From NCBI GenBank assembly GCA_964016885.1, contig OZ024743.1, positions 280,922,001 to 280,986,000 on the forward strand: 64,000 nucleotides of DNA. The letters are read 5' to 3'. The notes under the pieces are model-generated. The model worked only from the letters and a program-made list of their open reading frames with translations, did not search any database and had not been told where the DNA came from. The position numbers were made by a program, and so were the translations under genes. Position 1 is the stretch's first letter. Every line of letters begins with the position of its first letter. This document shows, piece after piece, positions 57,490-64,000 of this stretch. The DNA is from Eledone cirrhosa. Taxonomy: Eukaryota.

Positions 57490-59002
57490 CTCCTATGGGT
57501 CAAAGCAAACACTACTTTAGATGATATTAGTTAATTTTAGAGTGTTCTTTATGAATATAAAATCCGCTTTGCTCCATCACGTCTACGTTTTGATCTACAA
57601 CACACATATACTACATTTACAGAAAAAGTGTCTAATATTATGAATATTGCATGTACTTTATTAATGTAATTAACAATTAATCACTGTTAAAATAACAATA
57701 TGGACTTAGAAAAGAACTTACCACAAAACAGTTACAGGATTGATTTCACTGTCAAGATCAATAGCATGGATTTAAGAAGAGTGAAGTAAGCAAGTCTGCA
57801 ATCGTGTGCAGATCGGCTCGCCCTTGGTGCCTTGTTTCAATAGTAGTGATCACTTGATTTCGCCATTCTCACCACTGATCTTGCCAAGTCCAAAGGAAAG
57901 AAATCCAAATGATTCTTTAAAAAGTGAATCTTCAAGGACATACACCTTGTGTATCGAATGAATCCAGAAGGTCCGCTATGATTGCCTAGTAATTCGAGCT
58001 TTGGTTCTTTCTTAGAAAGTTTTCAACTGTCTTTAACACAGCATAAGTTCGTCGCTCAACTTCAGTCAATGAATCTCTGGATATCTGATTCTTCATTTTG
58101 AGAGTGTCTTGTCCAACCAATATGCTTTCTTTAATATTTGCCTCACTTAAATGAGGAAAGATATCTTCCAATAACATAATTGGTTGCTCCTCAGTGACTT
58201 CACAAAATCTTTGAAGATTCCAAGTTTAATATGTAGTGGTGGTAACACAATTAGCTCAGGTGAAACTAGTTTTACGTATTGAACGATTTTATTTTCTGGT
58301 CTCCATCCATTACGTTCTGACCAATCCAGCCGACTGCAGTGTTCATTTCGAGTTCAATTGTCCCACAAGCAGAAGAAGGAGCAAAACTTCGTGTATCTCT
58401 TTTGCATTCCAGTTAAAAAAGAACTATGATCTTCAAGTCCCCTCCAACTTTTCACTTGAAATCATCATACCTGATCAAGGAAAGTATGATTCTTTTGTCT
58501 TCCTCAAATAACCCACTGGAATCCCTAGGTACTCATTCCCAACACGCAAAAAAACTGCATTTAAACTAGAAATGCTACCATCAATGAATAACCACCAATC
58601 TGTCTTCACAGCTGAAATTCCTCGGGCCATCATCAAATCAGTAATGCTCATGCAATAAACCAAGTTAATCTTGTGTCGAACAATTCAACAAATGTCTACT
58701 CTCGGTACTTATACGCTTTTATTTTAGTTCTTTGGGCTAACACATGACCTAATATGGCGTTATATCTACTTTTACAGCTCTCTCATTAAAAGGTCACAAA
58801 AAGAACAATCAAAAGCATTCTTAAAAGACAAACAGGAATACTTGATGTACTGCATGCTTCATTATATTTCTGTAAATTTGGTATATTTTGATCTTGTAGA
58901 TCAAAATCTAGATGCGAGGGAACAAAAATGACTTCATATTCAGAAAGAGAATCCTAAATTGTCTCTTGCTATAGAAATTTGTTTTCATTTTGTCATACAG
59001 TG
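57490..59002 (-). mobile_element. Chapaev3-like (CMC) DNA transposon remnant
   Basis: WWLFIDGSISSLNAVFL..GNEY, LHIKLGI..FVK, FPHLSEANIKESILVG; inverted subterminal blocks TTTTGATCTACAA / TTGTAGATCAAAA; right end CAGTG. Superfamily assigned from motif recall. Confidence 0.65.
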
Positions 59003-59139
59003 TAATTAATATAGTTATTAACAACTTTAAATGGGGAGTTTCTTTCCACTCAGCCTGTATAATAATTTTGATTGTCTATTTGATTGTCTATTGTGTATTT
59101 ATATCCTATTTGCGTATTTATTTACTTACTTATTTATTT

Positions 59140-59655
59140 GAAAATCAGTGCTGCGAAGGCTGAGACACTTGTCCTCTCGAGAAAGCCTGTGCAGTGCACG
59201 CTACATGTGTGTGGAGTTCGACAGAAGCAGATAGAGGAGTTCAAGTATCTCGGGGCTGCGTTCGCGGGTGATGGAGGGTATGAGACGGAATGAAATGCAA
59301 GAATTGCAGGAGTAGGTGTAAAAGCCAAACTCACTATCTTCACGTCGGTATTCGTGTCAACCCTTACCTATGGTCATAAATTTTATGTAATGACCGAAAG
59401 AATACGATCGCAAATACAAGCTGCCGAAATGGCGTTCCTCCGAAGAGTCTTTCAGGTAACGTTGTAGCTCGGAGATCCGGGAGTCGCTCCATGTACTTCT
59501 CCAAATTAAGAGACCATAGCTCCGATATTACGGGCATGTGGTTAGAATGTCTCAGAGTCTCAGGAAAGAATCGGTAGGAAGATATTACGGGCAAAATTAA
59601 CCGGCAGAGCACGCAGAGATAGACCCCGAACAAGATGGTTGGATAACATCCATAA
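59140..59655 (+). mobile_element. RTE-clade LINE RT C-terminal fragment
   Basis: KISAAKAETLV..KQIEEFKYLG, AKLTIFTSVFVSTLTYG, IQAAEMAFLRRV, GRARRDRPRTRWLDNI. Confidence 0.85.
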
Positions 59656-60075
59656 GCTTTTCAAGCCTGCTAGAGACTTGCACTCCTTCATACATTGACG
59701 ACATCTATGGATCTCCCTGGCCTCAGGTCTTGTAAAAGGTTGCCTGTAAACCTTCACAATACCGTGGAGATCATAGTTCACTGGTTCTTTCTGAACATGG
59801 CTGCGACCGTGGCTCCTGAAACCAGATTTACTCAAGCAAATCTTTCCACACTCAGAGCACACCAATTCAATGGAAACAGAGATCGTTTCGAGAGATACAC
59901 CAGGGCATTGCTTACGCACACCCTGTGTGATCTTCTCGTGCTCTACGCGTCTGTCCTCAAAAATTATAGACCCCATCATTCACCATCCTATGCCAAGTTT
60001 CTCTTTCAATAGCTTCTATGTCCCAGTCAGCCACCATCAAACCAGTTTTTTTCAATGAGTCCTCTACACAATCAT
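59656..60075 (-). mobile_element. RTE/BovB-type LINE 3' end with two C2H2-like fingers
   Basis: WDIEAIERETWHR, CSECGKICLSKSGFRSHGRSH, CRQCMKECKSLAGLKS; adjacent (CATA)n. Confidence 0.7.
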
Positions 60076-60440
60076 ACATACATACATACATACATACATA
60101 CATACATACATACATACATACATACATACACTATAAAATGCGATGCGTATAAAGGATTGGCCTGTGGACAAACGTATAAAAAGTTACAGTGATGAGGAAG
60201 ATATATGCATACATAATATGAAAGAGCACTGGTGGAATTTTCCAGTCAAACCCCGAATAATATGTAAACATAACAGACCAGATATAGTGATATGAGACAG
60301 TGAATAGAACGTATGCACTATACTTTTAGATGTGAACCTGAGAAAATTAGAGCCCTGGGATATGTTACTAACCGCCTCAGTACAAATCTTGAGAAGCTGG
60401 GCTTCACAGAATCAGAAGGAGTACGGTTAGTTAGGAAGTT

Positions 60441-60640
60441 NNNNNNNNNNNNNNNNNNNNNNNNNNNNNNNNNNNNNNNNNNNNNNNNNNNNNNNNNNNN
60501 NNNNNNNNNNNNNNNNNNNNNNNNNNNNNNNNNNNNNNNNNNNNNNNNNNNNNNNNNNNNNNNNNNNNNNNNNNNNNNNNNNNNNNNNNNNNNNNNNNNN
60601 NNNNNNNNNNNNNNNNNNNNNNNNNNNNNNNNNNNNNNNN
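60441..60640. other. Assembly gap (200 N)
   Basis: Run of N. Confidence 1.
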
Positions 60641-60644
60641 GCGC

Positions 60645-60708
<64 letters not shown>

Positions 60709-60715
60709 TTATATA

Positions 60716-60768
<53 letters not shown>

Positions 60769-60798
60769 ATATATATATGTGTATATGGTGTGTGTATT

Positions 60799-60860
<62 letters not shown>

Positions 60861-60937
60861 AATGAAAAGTATAGAAATTATTGTAGCAAGAAGCCAATAG
60901 TATTCCATAATATATATATATATATATGTATATATGA

Positions 60938-60984
<47 letters not shown>

Positions 60985-61024
60985 TACATATATATATATA
61001 TTAGGATTGGTGCTCTGAAATAGC

Positions 61025-61069
<45 letters not shown>

Positions 61070-61248
61070 ATATATATTGTGCCTGTAGAATTAAGGCGAT
61101 TCTAGGATTCTTTTCAATGGAATGCGAATCATTGTAAAAGAAATGCTTCAGAAGACAGAAAAAGTAAAAGAAAAACGAAAATTATCCGAAAGCCTGAAAC
61201 ATAAAATGTTAAACGAATATATATATGTGCGCACGTGTGCGTATGTGT

Positions 61249-61310
<62 letters not shown>

Positions 61311-61350
61311 GATATTAAATAAATGGAAACTATATTTATAAAACCATATT

Positions 61351-61416
61351 TATTTCATTATATATATTTCAGGGATATCATATTAAAAATATGTTATGCC
61401 TTCTTCAGACAAAATA
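61351..61416 (-). ncRNA. Minimal type I hammerhead with intact core
   Basis: Minus: TATTTTGT-CTGAAGA-AGGCATAACATATT(TTT)AATATGATATCCCT-GAAA-TATATA-TA|ATGAAATA. Confidence 0.72.
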
Positions 61417-61692
61417 CAATATAAACAGTCTTATAAATAGATAGATTCGACATACCTTTCAACTTCGACTTCTATTTGAAAAGTTGATTTGGTAGTATAT
61501 ATATATACCTTTCAACTTCGACTTCTATTTGAAAAGTTGATTTGGTAGTATATATAATGAAATAAATATGGTTTTATAAATATAGTTTCCATTTATTTAA
61601 TATCGTAAATATACTTCCAAATACTTGTTGAGTGCTTTTATATCAGTTATAAATATTTACTCGTTGTTAACCCAACAATTTAAATAAAACTT

Positions 61693-61724
<32 letters not shown>

Positions 61725-61728
<4 letters not shown>

Positions 61729-62700
61729 CAATAATTCTCTTAATAAACATCAGGATACATCCTATAAAAGTAATAAACAACATCGAAACCGTAATAGACG
61801 AGTTACTTGGTATAATGCTCCATTTAATTTACAAATTAAGGATAATATACCTAAAAAAATTTTAATATGCTAGAGAAGAACTTCCACCAAACCACAAATA
61901 CCATCAAATTTTAAATAGATCAACGGTTAAATTCTCCTACTCAACAACCAAAGACATAAAACAAAATATAAGTGCCTATAATGCATATAAATGTAAAAAA
62001 ACCATGAGTATACCACCAATACATCAAACTAACCATAATATCTCCTTTGATACAGGATTCACGAAAAGTTGTAACTGTAGAAACAAAGCAAATTGCCCAT
62101 TAAAAGGAAATTGCCTTATAAATAACATAGTATATAAATGTAAAGTTAACACTAAGGACTCAATTTCTTCATATATAGGAGCTACCTCTAACCAATTTAA
62201 AGTAAGATTTAATACCCACAAACACAGTTTTAAAAATGCCGCATTAGCTAATACAACATCTTTAGCTGAAATAATTAATAATTATAGAAAGAGGAATATA
62301 GATTATGACCTGACCTGGAGTGTGCTCAAAAGGGCCACCCCTTATCAAAATAATAGATATGAATGTAGATTGTGTTCCCAAGAACTTTTTGAAATAATGA
62401 AATCTAAGGATATCCTATTAAATAAGCGACAGGAATTAATAATATCGTGTAATCATAAACTGAGAAAAACCTTTAAATATTATAAACCTAATTAATATAC
62501 ATTTTAGAAATTATTATAATAACACATTTTTTTAATTTAGTTAACCTATAATAAATACTCTACTACTAATGAACTACATAATTTTATTTTCCTTTTTACA
62601 ACTAACTTTTCCTAAAATTGATACCATTATGTATACATATATACTGTTTTAATTTCAGGTTATAATTCTATGTTCCTTGTAATCTCTATATATTTGTTAT
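61725..62700 (+). mobile_element. Naiad-like Penelope 3' fragment with intact GIY-YIG ORF (62004-62495)
   Basis: RRVTWYNAPFN upstream; CNCRNKANCPLKGNC..IVYKC..SYIGATSNQFKVRFNTHKHSF..CRLC..LLNKRQELIISCNH. Confidence 0.9.
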
Positions 62701-62789
62701 TTCTCACTAATAAATTTAACACCCCCCCCCCCCCCAATAATTATATATATATATTTATTTTATTTCCCCTCGTCTTTAACACCACTCTT

Positions 62790-62866
<77 letters not shown>

Positions 62867-63054
62867 GCTGATGATGCTGATGGTGCTGCTGTTATTACTA
62901 CTACTACTACTGCTACTACTACTACTAATACTACTACTACTACTAATACTACTACTACTACTATTACAATGGTTTCTGCTCCTCAAAACTAGCGTCACCT
63001 CCACTCAGGCCCGCCAATCTCACTCGCTGCCCCTCATCACATATATATATTGCG

Positions 63055-63460
63055 CTGTAAGGGCGTTGGGTTGACATATTCGTTGGAGCATCAAACAAAT
63101 GCCTCGCAATATTTGTTCTGAGTTCAAATCTCGCCGGGATCAACTTTGCCTTTCATCCATTCGAGGTCGATGAAATAAAGTACCTGTTGATATAATCGAC
63201 TTTCGCCTTCCAGGACATTGCTGGCCTTGTGCATAAATTAAAAATCAATACTTTAAAGATCAGTTATTGGCAGAGTCGTTAGGGCGTCTGACAAATATAT
63301 GCAGTATTTGTTCCAGCTCTTTACCGTCTAAGTTCAAATCCCGCCGATGTTTACTTTGCCTTTAATCCTTGCGAGGTCGATGAAATGAAACACCAATCGA
63401 TATAATCGACTTCCCCTTCCCCTATATGGTTGCTGGCCTTGTGCCAAAATTTGAAACTAT
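63055..63460 (+). mobile_element. Tandem pair of the dominant SINE
   Basis: AGTTCAAATC..CTTTGCCTTT..GAGGTCGATGAAAT..GCTGGCCTTGTGC twice. Confidence 0.8.
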
Positions 63461-64000
63461 TATATATACTAGCAGAAAAACCACCCTTTGTGTGGTTTTC
63501 TGCTAGCCTATAGATATACGTCAATTGAAATCGTAATTGACAATATGCACAGAAATTGAACGAAGTCTGTGTTACACTGTCTTAATGTAATCAGCAAAGT
63601 AATCCATGATACTTTTAAAAAGACGATATTATATATAAACTGCATATATAATAAATTAAAATGTTATGAAAACGAAAAAGGAGAAAATTAGTGACGGAAA
63701 TATAAACCTTATATAGCGATGCAAATATATAGAACACTTTTTAATAACGGTAAAAGTGCATGACCTTGTGCTTTTGTGCGTTGGTTCAACTATCCGAAGA
63801 TCATAGATACGATTTCTGAACCCGACGATGCATTGTGTTCTTGAGCAAAATATTTTAAAGGAGGTTTTATGGTATTGCAATATAATGTGACATTCCTCCT
63901 GTAATTTTTGTCTGATAATAACCAAGTGAAACTAGTCATGCTGTTCTTCAAGCTGATCTGTAGAGAAAATTCTCTGTCGTTTAACCACAGGCTCTATTTA

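Overview
Eukaryotic, AT-rich, microsatellite-saturated non-genic (intergenic or intronic) DNA. The SINE families and (TA)n/(CA)n/(TATG)n density suggest an octopus/cephalopod genome, which is an inference. No host protein-coding exon is recognisable, and almost all listed ORFs are microsatellite artefacts. Contents: a 66-bp satellite (1-3925); four decayed Penelope-like retroelements (one near-full-length Neptune-like RT+GIY-YIG element with inverted terminal repeats, three Naiad-like fragments); RTE-clade and RLE-type LINE fragments; mariner, Tc1-like and Chapaev3-like DNA transposon remnants; MITEs; many tRNA-derived SINEs; and a 200-N gap. The most notable signal is about 20 hammerhead ribozyme (HHR) motifs on both strands from several unrelated sequence families, mostly in short, often fold-back cassettes inside (TA)n runs. 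They include non-canonical cores (compensatory U3-A8, U10.1-U11.1, A4), fold-back junctions at or near predicted cleavage sites, and a shared downstream TYGAGTRC motif. All structures were folded by eye and need computational and biochemical confirmation.
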